A stretch of DNA of 64,000 bases. It comes from Nitrospirota bacterium (GTDB lineage: Bacteria > Nitrospirota > Nitrospiria > Nitrospirales > Nitrospiraceae). Location of the stretch: positions 1 through 64,000 of the forward strand of contig CAVPGK010000010.1 in the NCBI GenBank assembly GCA_963703955.1, in the 5' to 3' direction. Under the pieces are notes generated by a model, which worked only from the letters and a program-made list of their open reading frames with translations, was not told the origin of the DNA and searched no databases. A program made the translations under genes and the position numbers. Positions 1-10,673 of this stretch are shown piece by piece (position 1 is the stretch's first letter; each line of letters starts with the position of its first letter).

Positions 1-282
1 GTGGAAAATATGAGCGGCCTCGATTGCCCGCACTGCGGTCAGCACATCGAAGTGTTTCGAAAGGGCGGCGGCGAGGCGGCGGCCCACGACATGAGCGTGC
101 CGTTCCTCGGCCGGATCCCCCTCGATCCCGATGTGGTCACCCAGTGTGATGCGGGCGAACCCTTCGCGATGTTCTATTCGGACACGACGACGGCCGATGC
201 CTATCACAGCATCGCCAACAAGGTCGATGTGTTTTGTAAAAAAAGTGGGTCGCTGCTACGGGTCGCTCCTAAACATCGGTAG
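1..282 (+). CDS. apbC: Mrp/ApbC (NBP35) Fe-S cluster carrier ATPase, C-terminal part (5' end outside window)
   Basis: VENMSGLDCPHCG...FLGRIPLDP motif typical of the Mrp/NBP35 C-terminus. Confidence 0.9.
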   Translation: MENMSGLDCPHCGQHIEVFRKGGGEAAAHDMSVPFLGRIPLDPDVVTQCDAGEPFAMFYSDTTTADAYHSIANKVDVFCKKSGSLLRVAPKHR

Positions 283-288
283 TAGGAT

Positions 289-1539
289 GTGATGGATCAG
301 CGCATGCAAGGCCTCACACCACTGCATGAGGCCCAAAAGACGGTGTTGGACTCGGCTCGGCCATTGGGTCTTGAGAAGATCGGGCTGCTCGAGGCGCTGG
401 GTCGCGTGCTGGGAGAAGATATCATTGCGGCTCGCGATAACCCGCCGTGGGATAACTCAGCCATGGACGGGTTTGCCGTCCGATGGGAGGACCTCAAGCA
501 GGAACATGCGATCACGAAGCCGATCGTGCTGAAAGTCATCGAGGAGGTTCCGGCCGGAAAAGTGGCGACCAAGACAGTGGCCCCCGGCCAAGCCATCCGG
601 ATCATGACGGGCGCGCCGATTCCCAAGGGCGCCAACGCGGTCGTGAAGGTTGAGGAAACCGAACCGTCACAGGCCTCGGTGAGGATTTTCAAGGCCGTGG
701 AACCTGGGGCAAATGTTCGCCCGCAGGGCGAAGACGTCAAGCAGGGCGACTGCATCATCGCGAAGGGGGCGCAGATTCGACCGGCGGAAGCCGGCATGCT
801 GGCGATTCTGGCCAAGTCTTTTGTCCTGGTCCATCAGCGGCCACGGGTCGCGATTCTGTCCACCGGCGATGAGTTGGCCGACCTTGACGAGCGCTTCGAC
901 GAAGACAAGATCATCAATTCGAACAGCTATGGGATTGCCGCGGCAGTGCAAGAAGCCGGCGGCATTCCTCTGTTGCTTGGGATTGCCAAAGATGAGCCCG
1001 TCGCGTTAAAGGAGAAGATCGCCCAAGGACTCAATGCCGACATTCTGGTGCTCTCCGGCGGTGTGTCGATGGGTGACTACGATTTCACCAAGGCGGTGTT
1101 CAAAGAATTGGGCGCCGAGATGAATTTCTGGAAGTTGGCCGTCCGTCCGGGACAACCGCTGGCCTTCGGCAAGATTCAAGGGAGGTTGGCGTTTGGATTG
1201 CCGGGCAATCCGGTGTCCTCCATGGTGACCTTCGAGCAGCTCGTGCGGCCGACCATCTTGAGAATGGGAGGGCACCGAAGCTACGGCCGACCGGTGGTGC
1301 AGGCCATTTTTCAGGAGACGTTCTCCAAGCGACCCGACCGGCGGCATTTCCTACGAGGGGTGCTGCGCCGCGAGAATGGTGAGTTGACGGTCAGGACCAC
1401 AGGTGATCAGGGGTCCGGCATTCTGACATCAATGGTGAAAGCCAACGGGCTGATCGATGTGCCGGAACACGTGGAGCGTCTGAAACCGGGCGATACCGTG
1501 GACGTGCAGGTCCTCAGCAACGAAGCCTGGATTCGTTGA
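289..1539 (+). CDS. moeA: Molybdopterin molybdotransferase MoeA
   Basis: SAMDGFAV, RIMTGAPIP, STGDEL, SGGVSMGDYD and GLPGNPVS motifs; 416 aa. Confidence 0.97.
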   Translation: MMDQRMQGLTPLHEAQKTVLDSARPLGLEKIGLLEALGRVLGEDIIAARDNPPWDNSAMDGFAVRWEDLKQEHAITKPIVLKVIEEVPAGKVATKTVAPGQAIRIMTGAPIPKGANAVVKVEETEPSQASVRIFKAVEPGANVRPQGEDVKQGDCIIAKGAQIRPAEAGMLAILAKSFVLVHQRPRVAILSTGDELADLDERFDEDKIINSNSYGIAAAVQEAGGIPLLLGIAKDEPVALKEKIAQGLNADILVLSGGVSMGDYDFTKAVFKELGAEMNFWKLAVRPGQPLAFGKIQGRLAFGLPGNPVSSMVTFEQLVRPTILRMGGHRSYGRPVVQAIFQETFSKRPDRRHFLRGVLRRENGELTVRTTGDQGSGILTSMVKANGLIDVPEHVERLKPGDTVDVQVLSNEAWIR

Positions 1540-1552
1540 TCGCGCGATGACC

Positions 1553-1634
1553 GTTTAGGCTTGTTTTGAACCGTTGCGTCGGACAATTCCCTAACGGACA
1601 CACGGACGTCACGAACCAAACGAACGAAGCGTTT
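1553..1634. repeat. Intergenic imperfect inverted repeat with short periodic units
   Basis: Right arm AACGGAC-ACACGGAC-GTCACGAAC-CAAACGAAC is roughly complementary to left-arm CCGTT-type units. Confidence 0.4.
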
Positions 1635-1637
1635 CTT

Positions 1638-2132
1638 ATGAACGTTCCGATCCTCAGCATCGTCGGGCGATCCAACAGCGGGAAAACCACGCTCGTCGAG
1701 CGCGTGATTCCGGAGCTGGTTGTGGCCGGCTACCGCGTGGCGACCATCAAGCATGCGGGCCATGGCTTCAATCTGGACACAGAAGGAAAAGATAGCTGGC
1801 GGCATAAGCGGGCCGGGGCCGAGACGGTGATAGTCGTCTCCAAGGGAAGCCTGGCCATGTTTGCGGATGTATCGGATGAGATCAAGATCGAGGAGTTGCG
1901 GGATCGATTCGTGGGCTGTGAGTATGATCTCATCATTGCGGAAGGGTGGAAAAGCGAAGGCTATCCGAAGATCGTGGTGGTCCGGGACCAGATCGGTGAA
2001 GTGGCGATCTCGTCCGAAGGCCTGCTGGCGGTGGTCTCCAACAAACCGATCGATCAGCCCGTGCCGGTGTTCCACCCCGATGACATCAAAGGACTCAGTG
2101 AATTCATCATGCGTCATTTTCCGAAAGCATGA
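1638..2132 (+). CDS. mobB: Molybdopterin-guanine dinucleotide biosynthesis protein MobB
   Basis: IVGRSNSGKTT P-loop, VATIKH, GKDSWRHKRAGA, IIAEGWK; ATG at 1638. Confidence 0.95.
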   Translation: MNVPILSIVGRSNSGKTTLVERVIPELVVAGYRVATIKHAGHGFNLDTEGKDSWRHKRAGAETVIVVSKGSLAMFADVSDEIKIEELRDRFVGCEYDLIIAEGWKSEGYPKIVVVRDQIGEVAISSEGLLAVVSNKPIDQPVPVFHPDDIKGLSEFIMRHFPKA

Positions 2133-2836
2133 TTCGGAAGCCCCAGGCCATCGTGATCGCAGCGGTCGTCGGCGGCGCGCTGGCTCTTGGGGGGGCCGCT
2201 GTCCCGCTTACTGACCATCCCAAGTTTTGCGCAAGCTGCCACAATATCCGTCCCTCCTATGAGAGCTGGGTCGAATCCACGCACAAAGACGTGACCTGCG
2301 TAGATTGCCATGTGCGTCCAGGCATAGAGGGATATCTTCACGACAAGGTCAGGGCCGGCCTGAAAGACGTGGCGATCTATCTGTTTGGGACGCCGACCGA
2401 CGCAGATAATTTGCACGGGCCTGTTGCCTCAGAGGTCTGCATCAGTTGCCATCATGCGATCCTGCGCGTCTCGGAGATTGCCGTCCGCGACCTGCCCCCG
2501 CCGGTCAAGGACGTCGGGCTGGTCATGAGTCACCGAAAACATATGGAGGCGTTTACGAAGCGCGGGAAGGGGGAGGGCTGCACGACCTGCCACTCGCGCG
2601 TCGTGCATGGCAAGCCGATCAAAGGCTATCCGATCGTCATCCCGCGCGGGCACGTGTCGGAAGACAGCAAACCCTACTATCCAAATCATCCCGAAGGTTC
2701 AAAGCTTCGGCAGGCCGCAATGGCCGACTGTTTCCGGTGTCACGACGGAAAAAGCACCTACGAGGGCAAGGTGCTCAGCAAGCGCTGTGAGACCTGTCAC
2801 CTTCCTGATAGAATAGGAAACTTTTTGTTCAACTGA
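2129..2836 (+). CDS. Membrane-anchored hexaheme c-type cytochrome with NapC/NirT-like N-terminus
   Basis: N-terminal hydrophobic helix; six CxxCH motifs (CASCH, CVDCH, CISCH, CTTCH, CFRCH, CETCH); ATGA overlap with mobB. Confidence 0.9.
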   Translation: MIRKPQAIVIAAVVGGALALGGAAVPLTDHPKFCASCHNIRPSYESWVESTHKDVTCVDCHVRPGIEGYLHDKVRAGLKDVAIYLFGTPTDADNLHGPVASEVCISCHHAILRVSEIAVRDLPPPVKDVGLVMSHRKHMEAFTKRGKGEGCTTCHSRVVHGKPIKGYPIVIPRGHVSEDSKPYYPNHPEGSKLRQAAMADCFRCHDGKSTYEGKVLSKRCETCHLPDRIGNFLFN

Positions 2837-2840
2837 TGCG

Positions 2841-2906
2841 AGCAATCAGCCCTCGACGATCAGCTATCAGCAGAAGTTGAGAGGCTGGGGCTGATTGGTG
2901 AAGGCT
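2841..2906. repeat. Heptamer-periodic inverted repeat (NNTCAGC / GCTGANN type)
   Basis: AATCAGC-CCTCGAC-GATCAGC-TATCAGC followed by GCTGATT-GGTGAAG-GCT; AATCAGCCC pairs with GGGCTGATT. Confidence 0.65.
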
Positions 2907-2910
2907 TCCA

Positions 2911-3639
2911 ATGCCCCCCTCCATCGTCCAGGTCCGCGGACTGAGCAAGCGATTCGGCGATTTCACCGCCGTGGACGGCATCTCTTTCGACATCCGTGAG
3001 GGAGAGATCCTTGGCCTGCTTGGCCCGAACGGCGCCGGCAAGACCACCACGATCCAAATGCTGCTGGGGTTGATCACCCCAACGACGGGTTCGATTCATA
3101 TGTTCGGCCTCGATCTGGCAACACATCGCGAAACGGTGCTGGGCCAGGTCAACTTCTCGTCCACTTACATTTCGATGCCGTACGCCTTGACCGTCGAGGA
3201 GAATCTCCGCGTGGTGGCCATGCTCTATGGGATGACGGACATTCCCCGCCGTATCGACGACGTGGTGAAAAAACTGGAGATGGAAGACTTCCGGACCAAG
3301 GTAACGAGAAAGCTGTCGTCCGGCCAGATGACGCGGCTCGCGCTCGCCAAGGCGATTCTGACCGAACCGAGGATCCTGTTTCTGGATGAGCCGACCGCGA
3401 GCCTCGATCCGGACATTGCGCACAAGACCCGCGCTCTGCTCAAAGAGGTGCGCCAATCCAATGGGCTGAGCGTCCTCTACACCTCCCACAACATGCGGGA
3501 GATGGAGGAAATGTCGGACCGCATTATTTTTCTGCAGCGTGGCAAGATTGTCGCGCAAGGCACGGCGCAAGAAATCGTCGAGCGTTTCGGGCAACAGGAT
3601 CTTGAAGAAGTGTTTCTGAAACTAGCCAGGGAACAATAA
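2911..3639 (+). CDS. ABC transporter ATP-binding protein (ABC-2/DrrA type)
   Basis: GPNGAGKTT Walker A, LSSGQ signature, LFLDEPT Walker B, TSH switch. Confidence 0.95.
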   Translation: MPPSIVQVRGLSKRFGDFTAVDGISFDIREGEILGLLGPNGAGKTTTIQMLLGLITPTTGSIHMFGLDLATHRETVLGQVNFSSTYISMPYALTVEENLRVVAMLYGMTDIPRRIDDVVKKLEMEDFRTKVTRKLSSGQMTRLALAKAILTEPRILFLDEPTASLDPDIAHKTRALLKEVRQSNGLSVLYTSHNMREMEEMSDRIIFLQRGKIVAQGTAQEIVERFGQQDLEEVFLKLAREQ

Positions 3640-3647
3640 CAATTTCT

Positions 3648-3701
3648 GGCTAGAGGCAAGAGGCGATCGGCTAGATTCCATCTTGGCCCCTCGCTCCTTG
3701 C
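3648..3701. repeat. Heptamer-periodic inverted repeat (GGCNAGA type)
   Basis: GGCTAGA-GGCAAGA-GGCGATC-GGCTAGA then TCTTGGC-CCCTCGC-TCCTTGC. Confidence 0.6.
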
Positions 3702-3710
3702 GTGCAAGTT

Positions 3711-4503
3711 ATGAAGATTCATCGTATCACCGCGCTCATCACCCGCCATCTATACCTGTACCGTCGCAGCTTGCCGCGGCTGATGGAGATTTTCTACTGG
3801 CCGTTCCTCGATCTGGTGGTCTGGGGATTCATCACGGTCTATTTGATGAAGTTTCAAGGCCAACTGCCCGGGCGTCGTCACGTTTTTTCTCGGCGCGTTG
3901 ATCCTCTGGGATGTCCTCTTTCGCTCGCAGCAAGGCATTACCATTTCCTTTTTAGAGGAAATCTGGGCGAGAAATCTCATGAACCTGTTTGCGAGCCCGC
4001 TGAAGCCGAGCGAGTTTCTGGCGGCGACCATGGCCATCAGCGTCTTCAAAGTCCTGGCGGTCTCGATTGTGATGGTGCTGGCGGCCTTGATCTTCTACGA
4101 CTACAACATTTTTCTGATCGGCCTCTCGCTGGTCCCGTTTGTTTTGAACCTGCTCGTGGCGGGCTGGACGATCGGCGTGCTGACGACCTCGCTCATTATG
4201 CGATTCGGACAAGAGGCTGAGGTGCTGGCCTGGGGGATGGTGTTTCTGTTTCAACCGATCTCGTGTGTCTTCTATCCCATCGACGTGCTCCCGACATGGC
4301 TCAAACCCGTTGCCTGGGCCAACCCCGCCGCTCATGTCTTCGAAGGCATGCGGGCCGTGATCAACACCGGCACGTTGCCGATGGCGCACCTGGCTTGGGC
4401 GGTTGTCCTCAATCTCTTCTACCTCACCCTGATGATCGCCTGGTTCCACCACACGTTCAACATTTGCAAGGAGCGGGGGTCACTGGTGCGAGTTGGGGAG
4501 TAG
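3711..4503 (+). CDS. ABC-2 type permease, one frameshift near 3870 (likely sequencing indel)
   Basis: ORFs 3702-4220 and 3898-4503 join into one multi-TM permease (FYPIDVLPTWLKPVAWANP...FEGMR). Confidence 0.88.
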
Positions 4504-4564
4504 GGAGAGGAAGCGCTGGGCTGCTTGCGCTAGGGCCAGGTCCGTGTTGGTCCGCCCTAAGCCG

Positions 4565-4660
4565 TCAGCCGCCCGCACGCTTCACGGTTCTTAGCTCCAT
4601 TAGGCGTGCTCGTCCGCGATCGGTGATTCGCCAGAACAAGGCAGTGCCTCCAGTCTGACT
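4565..4660 (-). pseudogene. Possible relic C-terminus of a DUF4062-type protein
   Basis: Manual translation SQTGGTALFWRITDRGRARLMELRTVKRAGG*; resembles DUF4062 protein tails from memory; no start codon. Confidence 0.3.
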
Positions 4661-4685
4661 GGGGCATGCAAAGACAGCAGTTGTC

Positions 4686-4988
4686 TCAACCGAAAGGTTT
4701 TCGAACTGTGCCGACGGCTCTTTTCACAAGATATTCCATTCTGGCCATTGCTTTCCCGGTCTCGCCCGCGATCTTCACGATACGACTCTTCGCCCGGCGG
4801 GTCTGCTTCTTTGCGGTATTCTTCAATTTGGTCGCCGCCTTTGTTGCTCTCTTCCCCGCCTTGGACAGTGCTCGCGTGGTTCTCTTTGCCGAACGTCGGG
4901 CTTGCTTCGCCGTGGCCTTCGTTCTCTTCCCGGCCTTAGATGCTGCTTTTCTAACGGCCTGAGCAAGCCTCTTCCTCGTGCCTTTCAT
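4686..4988 (-). CDS. Small Lys/Arg/Ala-rich basic protein (histone H1-like composition)
   Basis: GGAGG RBS upstream; repeated SKAGKR and TAK(K)QxRR units. Confidence 0.7.
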   Translation of the reverse strand: MKGTRKRLAQAVRKAASKAGKRTKATAKQARRSAKRTTRALSKAGKRATKAATKLKNTAKKQTRRAKSRIVKIAGETGKAMARMEYLVKRAVGTVRKPFG

Positions 4989-5218
4989 GTCGGTCCTCCC
5001 TTCATGTGTAATGGGCTCGATACGGTCTTAGACCGTTCACAGAATAGCCTATGCAGAAAATGCTCACAATATGAAAACTCGTGTTGCTCTTTCTGAATGC
5101 TGATGGAGAGCGGAGGTGAAGAAACCTACGTGGTCACTGAACTCTCCACTCTGCTCTTCCTCGGCACTTCTTTCGCCGGAGCTGGCCGGGAAGGGGCATG
5201 AGTGGACAGTCAGGTCGT

Positions 5219-5539
5219 TCATGGTGCCTTTTTTCCGGCCTCCGATGAGAAGCGGACTTCACTGGCAATCAGCCGGTCCCCTCGCTTTGTGGCTTCCACA
5301 ACGACCCGGTCTCCTATTTTCAAATCTGCTCTACTGGTGGCGGTCTTTCCTCTTCGATACTTCGTCTCGTCGGTCAACGCGATCGAGGTAGTTATCCCTT
5401 CTGTATTCTTTACCACGATGTGGTCTGCGTCTAGCGCTGCTACTGTACCCATGACATGCGTATGGGCCTGATGTGCAAAAACCGGCACGGCCAAGGTGAT
5501 AACGATGGCCTGGAGGAAAACGCCAATGTGCCTGACCAT
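5219..5539 (-). CDS. Small exported OB-fold-like protein (DUF5666-like)
   Basis: Signal peptide ending VFA-HQAHTH; DLKIGDRVVVEA motif; AAGGAG RBS. Confidence 0.7.
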   Translation of the reverse strand: MVRHIGVFLQAIVITLAVPVFAHQAHTHVMGTVAALDADHIVVKNTEGITTSIALTDETKYRRGKTATSRADLKIGDRVVVEATKRGDRLIASEVRFSSEAGKKAP

Positions 5540-5555
5540 GGTGTCTCCTTTTCGA

Positions 5556-6171
5556 TTAATGATGCGGGAAGGTGGACCTGGGAGCCGGTGCTTCGCCCTG
5601 CAAGAAGCGCTCGATTTCCTCTTCTTCCTCCTGCTGCCTTTGAGTCTTAGGGTTCAGCTTCTCCATCTCTTCCAATTCCTCCCGCGAAATCACCGGGAGG
5701 CGACGAATAAAGTGCACCAGCTTCCAACTTTCCGGATCATTTTCCGGCCCGCCCTCTCCCCAAGCGGGCATGCCGGTAAAGCGGATGCCGTTATGAATGA
5801 TGAAGAACAATTCGCCGTCCGTGAGGGACTGCGTATTGGACTCCCGCATGTCGGGCGCTTTGGGATAGAGATTCTGTCCGATCTTTGTCTGGCCGCTCCC
5901 GTCATTGCCGTGGCAGACGCACAATGATCCGCAAAATGCGCTCGAGCCTCGGCACAGGACTTCCGGCGTGTCAGGAAAGGGGTTCTTGACCTCTTTCCAC
6001 TTTGATCTGGGCACCGCAAGATGTCGCAGCCTAGTCGCAATAAACACTTCCAAGGCTACTGGAGTGTCGCGGGCGCTAAAGCCCCGTTGCTAACATCCAG
6101 TTCAATCCGATCGCAGCACCTACCAGAGTGACCAGACCAACGGCAAACGCGATCTTGGTTCGCTTTGTCAT
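5556..6171 (-). CDS. Membrane-anchored monoheme cytochrome c, with frameshifts
   Basis: Reconstructed MTKRTK-TM...ARAHFADHCAxCHGNDGSG...DGELFFIIHNGIRFTGMPAW across three frames. Confidence 0.8.
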
Positions 6172-6470
6172 CTCTTCTCCACAGGCGCCAAAAGGAAACT
6201 CTCTGAAGCTAGAAGCCGGCTCTTGGGATTCCTCACCTTCTCGCTGGTAGGCAGAGCTCATAGTAATTGTTAACTTGAGAAAAAGGCAACACAGTCATAG
6301 CCTCTCTAGATGGCTGATTATCTGTGCCGCTTGCACTTTCCACCATGCGCCGAGTCGGTCGACCAACATACCAGTCCTCAGCAATGTCTTATGCCTGGTT
6401 TATCGGTCTTGCAGAAGAAGATAATATGCGCTTATGATTCTCCTGAAGAGATAATCAGAACAGAGGGGTC

Positions 6471-6699
6471 CGTGCAAGTAATTTATCTCAATGGGAGGCT
6501 GGTGAAGAAGGGGGATAAGTTGCCCAAGCGGGAGCGCTGGAGCCGGTCGAAGCTGATCAAGGCTCTTATAGAGTCGTTCCTAGAGAAAGGGAAAGGCCAA
6601 TTCATTCAGGCTGCCATGCTTGAAAGGCTTTGGGAAATCATCGATGAAATCTACAAGGACCGGCGCAGGAACCGAAGACCTGAGCGCCTAGGGTGCTGA
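6471..6699 (+). CDS. Possible ribbon-helix-helix (CopG-like) protein or relic
   Basis: VIYLNGRLVKKGDKLPKRERWSRSKLIKALIESFL pattern; local GC is lower. Confidence 0.35.
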
Positions 6700-6859
6700 T
6701 CTATCGTTTCTTGCCCTTTCTTTGCTGGCCAGTTCTTGGATATCGAATATCCTCAGTCATTGATTCCCTGTCTTTGATTGCTTCTGCTTTATGGTTCGGT
6801 CGACCTTATCGCAGGTTTTTTCTTCCATCCTTATCTTGAGATTGGCATGATACGAGCCG

Positions 6860-8334
6860 ATGAGTTCCTTGCGAAAAGGCTGTTCTTATCCTCGGCGTTG
6901 TGGTCGTGTCTCTTGTTGCGGTACTGCTTATCCGAACCAGTCTGCTCACCTCCCGCCAGATCAAGGTTGATCCGGCGCCGCCGGTCGGTATCGATCCTCA
7001 GGGGGCTGCTGAGAGGTTGGCGGGGGCGCTGCGATTTCAAACCATCTCACGGCAGGAGCCTTCGAAAATGGATCGGAGTACCTTTCTCCAACTTCATGAT
7101 TACCTCGTCCGGAAATTCCCCAAGGTCCATCAAGCTCTGAAACGAGACATCGTCGGTGAATACAGCTTGGTCTACACCTGGCCGGGGCGAGAGGCCGGTC
7201 TGGCTCCGATTCTTCTTCTGGGACATCTCGACGTGGTGCCTGTCGAGCCTGGGACGGAAGGAGGGTGGGCTCACCCTCCGTTTGCGGGAACGATTGCGGA
7301 TGGGTACATCTGGGGGCGGGGCGCGATGGACTTTAAAATGGCCGTGGTCGGGACGCTCGAAGCCATCGAGGCGCTTCTTGCTGAGGGATTTGCGCCCCGG
7401 CGAACGGTGATGCTGGCGTTCGGACATGATGAGGAGATCGGTGGGCGGAACGGAGCCGAGCAGATCGCGACGATGCTTGAACAGCAAGGCGTGCGCCCTG
7501 AATTCATCCTGGACGAGGGGATGGCGGTGATACTGGGCATGGTGCCGGGCGTTGATTCGCCTATCGCGTGTGTGGGCATCGCGGAAAAGGGATATGTGAG
7601 CCTTGAGCTGATCGCGACAGCGGAAGGCGGGCATTCTTCACTGCCGCCTCGTCAGACGACAGTCGGAATCCTCGCCTCCGCGATCCATGCCTTGGAGGCG
7701 CATCCGATGCCCGGCCATGTGGATGGGCCGGTGGGCAAAATGTTCGAATTCCTCGGACCGGAGATGCCCATAGGGCCTCGGGTGGTGCTCAGCAATCTCT
7801 GGTTGTTTGGCGGCCGTCCTTCAGCAGCGGCTTGACCAGAGTCCGCCGACGCGGGCGTTGATTCGGACGACCACAGCCGCCACCATGTTCGAGGGCAGCG
7901 TCAAAGAAAATGTCCTGCCTGCCAAAGCCCGGGCCGTGGTCAATGTGCGGGTCCATCCGTCTGATCGCATTGAAGCTGTGATCCACCACGTTCAGACGAC
8001 GATCGCCGATCCACGGGTCACGGTCCAGCGTCTACCTGGGGTCGTGAGCGAGCCTTCACCTGAATCTCCGGTGGATTCATCACCCTTCGCCTTGATCCAC
8101 CGCACCATCGCGCAACAATTTCCAGAAGCGATCGTCGCGCCTGGATTGGTGCTGGGCGCGACGGATTCACGCCATTATCGCAGCTTGACGGAGAATATCT
8201 ACCGCTTCATGCCGATCCGCGTGGCACGAGAGGATACCATCCGCATTCATGGAACCAATGAGCGCCTGGCCGTGGAGGACTATGGCAAAGCCATGGCCTT
8301 CTATGCGCAGTTGATCCGCAATTGTTCTCTGTGA
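6860..8334 (+). CDS. M20 family metallopeptidase (PM20D1/carboxypeptidase S-like), with frameshifts near 6875 and 7810
   Basis: GHLDVVP, GRGAMDFK, GHDEEIGG, GGHSS, GATDSRHY and IHGTNER motifs. Confidence 0.9.
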
Positions 8335-8602
8335 CCGTACCGCGACAAGGTTCATCGCCTTTCTATGGTTGCTGTTTGAGATGGTGATATGGTACAGATA
8401 ACACACTTAATCGGATGAGCCGCGTGGAGCGGCGTACAGCAAGGCTCTCAATCGGTATTGTTTTGGCCAGGAAACCTGATCGGAAGCCTGACCTAGGTCG
8501 CCACGATTCTCGCGTCTTCGGCTTGTTCCTTCCTTGTCTTCCCGTTCAAGACAATGCTTTCTCAATTCTCGGTGGCGCGTCTCTAACGAAGAGGAGATCC
8601 TG

Positions 8603-9137
8603 ATGAAATACCCATACAGCCGGCCGATTGGTGCGGTCATGGCGATCGCGGCGATGGTCAGCACAGGGATGTACGGACAAGCGTGTGCTGAGAACTCTCC
8701 AGCCGTCGCAGATGGGATGAAGGTCACGTTGGAATATACGCTGGCGCTTCCGGACAAGACGGTGATCGAGAGCAACGTCGGTCGCGAACCGGTGACCTAT
8801 ACCCACGGGAAACGCGAGATCATCCCTGGTCTGGAGAAAAGTATGACCGGGATGAAGGCCGGGGACAAGAAGCATATTACCGTCACGGCGGAGGATGGCG
8901 TATGGTGTGTATGATGAAAAGAAAAGGATGACGGTCTCCAAGGACAAGGTGCCGCCTGAAGCCAAGGTGGGGACGAGATTGCGCGCTCAGGACGGGTCAG
9001 AAGCCAAGGTGGTCGCCATTGATGAAAATTCAGTGGTCGTCGATACCAATCATACCCTTGCCGGAAAGACCCTGGTGTTTGATGTCAATATCCTCAAGGT
9101 GGAGCCCCAGACGGAGGCCTCAAAACCAAATAAGTAA
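8603..9137 (+). CDS. Exported FKBP-type peptidyl-prolyl isomerase (SlyD-like), frameshift near 8895
   Basis: VTLEYTL, IIPGLEK, DTNHTLAGKTLVFDV; signal peptide; GAGGAG RBS. Confidence 0.88.
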
Positions 9138-9325
9138 CCGATCGGCCCGCTCTTCCAGTGCTCTTCAGCATCCGCGAGATGAACAGCATTGGACTGTGAA
9201 GCTTTGGGTTCCACGCCAACGATAGCTTTCAATTCCGGCCCTCCATGTTTTCTGTGAGACTAACTGTCTCGCTTTCCGTCCAGGAGCCGGTGCAGGACCG
9301 AGGCGGTCGCGGCCTTCTCGCCCCG

Positions 9326-10673
9326 TTAATCCGGCAACGGTTGGCCCTTCGTTTCCGGGGCGAAAGGCAGGATGAGGAGCCCCACGAGGTAGATCAGGGC
9401 GATGGCGGAGGCGGCGCGGCCGAAGCTGCCCAACATCGCGGCCAAGAAACCGGTGAGGAAAGGTCCCACGGAAGCCAGCACGCGACCGGCGTTGAAGCAG
9501 AAGCCTGCGCCGGTGGCGCGGATGTGCGTGGGGTACAGCTCCGGCAGATAAATGGGAAAGCCGCTGAAGATGCCGTTGTTAAAGAAGCCCAGGATGGGCA
9601 GCAGCAGCAGGACGTGCACATAGGTATGCGGCGCAAAAAAAGTAACGGGAAGCAGGACAAGACTTCCGGCGCACATGAGCGCAAAGGTCGGCTTCCGTCC
9701 AAAGCGGTCTGCAAGAGGTCCGAAACTGAGGTATCCGAGCAGCGCTCCCAGGTTCAGCGCCATGATCGCATAGCTCACATATTCCGCCACGACGGCGGGT
9801 TGGAGCCCTTGGATGGTAGGTAGGGCGCGCACTAAACTCGGTGTCCAATTGGTGGCTCCCCACAGGCCGAAGACCGCAACAAAGGCTAAGCCGGAGCCGA
9901 CCCAGGTAGAGCGATACAGTTTGCCTCGGAACAGTTCCCGGAACCTCATCACTCGCTTCGATCCGGATTGAAGCTCCAGCGCGTGAGCTTTGGTCCACCG
10001 GTCGGGCTCTTTGACCCACAGACGGACGAGAAGAGCCACGCCCGCCGGCAGGATGCCGACAAGGAATAAGCTCCGCCAGCCGTATCCGCGCAGCAACAAG
10101 TTAAATGAGGCGGCGAGGAAGAAGCCCACCGCCCAGGCTGACTGCAGGAGTCCGGCCGCCTTGGCGCGTTTGTCTTCCGGCCAGGTCTCCGCCACAATGG
10201 CGGCTCCTGCCGCCCATTCTCCGCCGATTCCTAATGCGGTCAAAAAGCGGTAGATCGCCAAGTGCCACCAGTCCTGTGCCAATGCCGCCATCCCGGTGAA
10301 CACGGCGTAGATCAGGATTGTCATGATGAGCGTCTTGGTACGGCCGAAACGGTCGGCGACGATGCCGAAGAGGACGCCGCCGATGGCCCATCCGATAAGA
10401 AAAATCGAAAAAATGATCCCGCCATACCAGCCGACCAATTCGACGGATATCGCTCCGCCTGCCGAAACTCTCTAAGAGTTCTTCCAGTGCTGGGTGCAGG
10501 ACGAGCGCATAGATCGTTGCATCCATCGAATCGAACACCCACCCCAGCCAGGCGACAAGAAGTACGAGCCATTGATAGCGCGTCACCCCTTGTGTCCAGG
10601 AAGTCGCCGTCTGACTCTCAACGAAAGGCCCGGCTGAGGCGAACTGGTCGGTTTTTTCAGAGGGTGGCTTCAT
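9326..10673 (-). CDS. MFS transporter, frameshift near 10470
   Basis: GWVFDSMD, ADRFGR twice, GIGGEW, ELYPTHIRATG, PETKG; the duplicate copy is in frame at the shifted site. Confidence 0.92.

Noticed and set aside
6310..6699. Toxin-antitoxin pair
   Set aside because: Only a weak RHH-like segment; no adjacent toxin ORF seen
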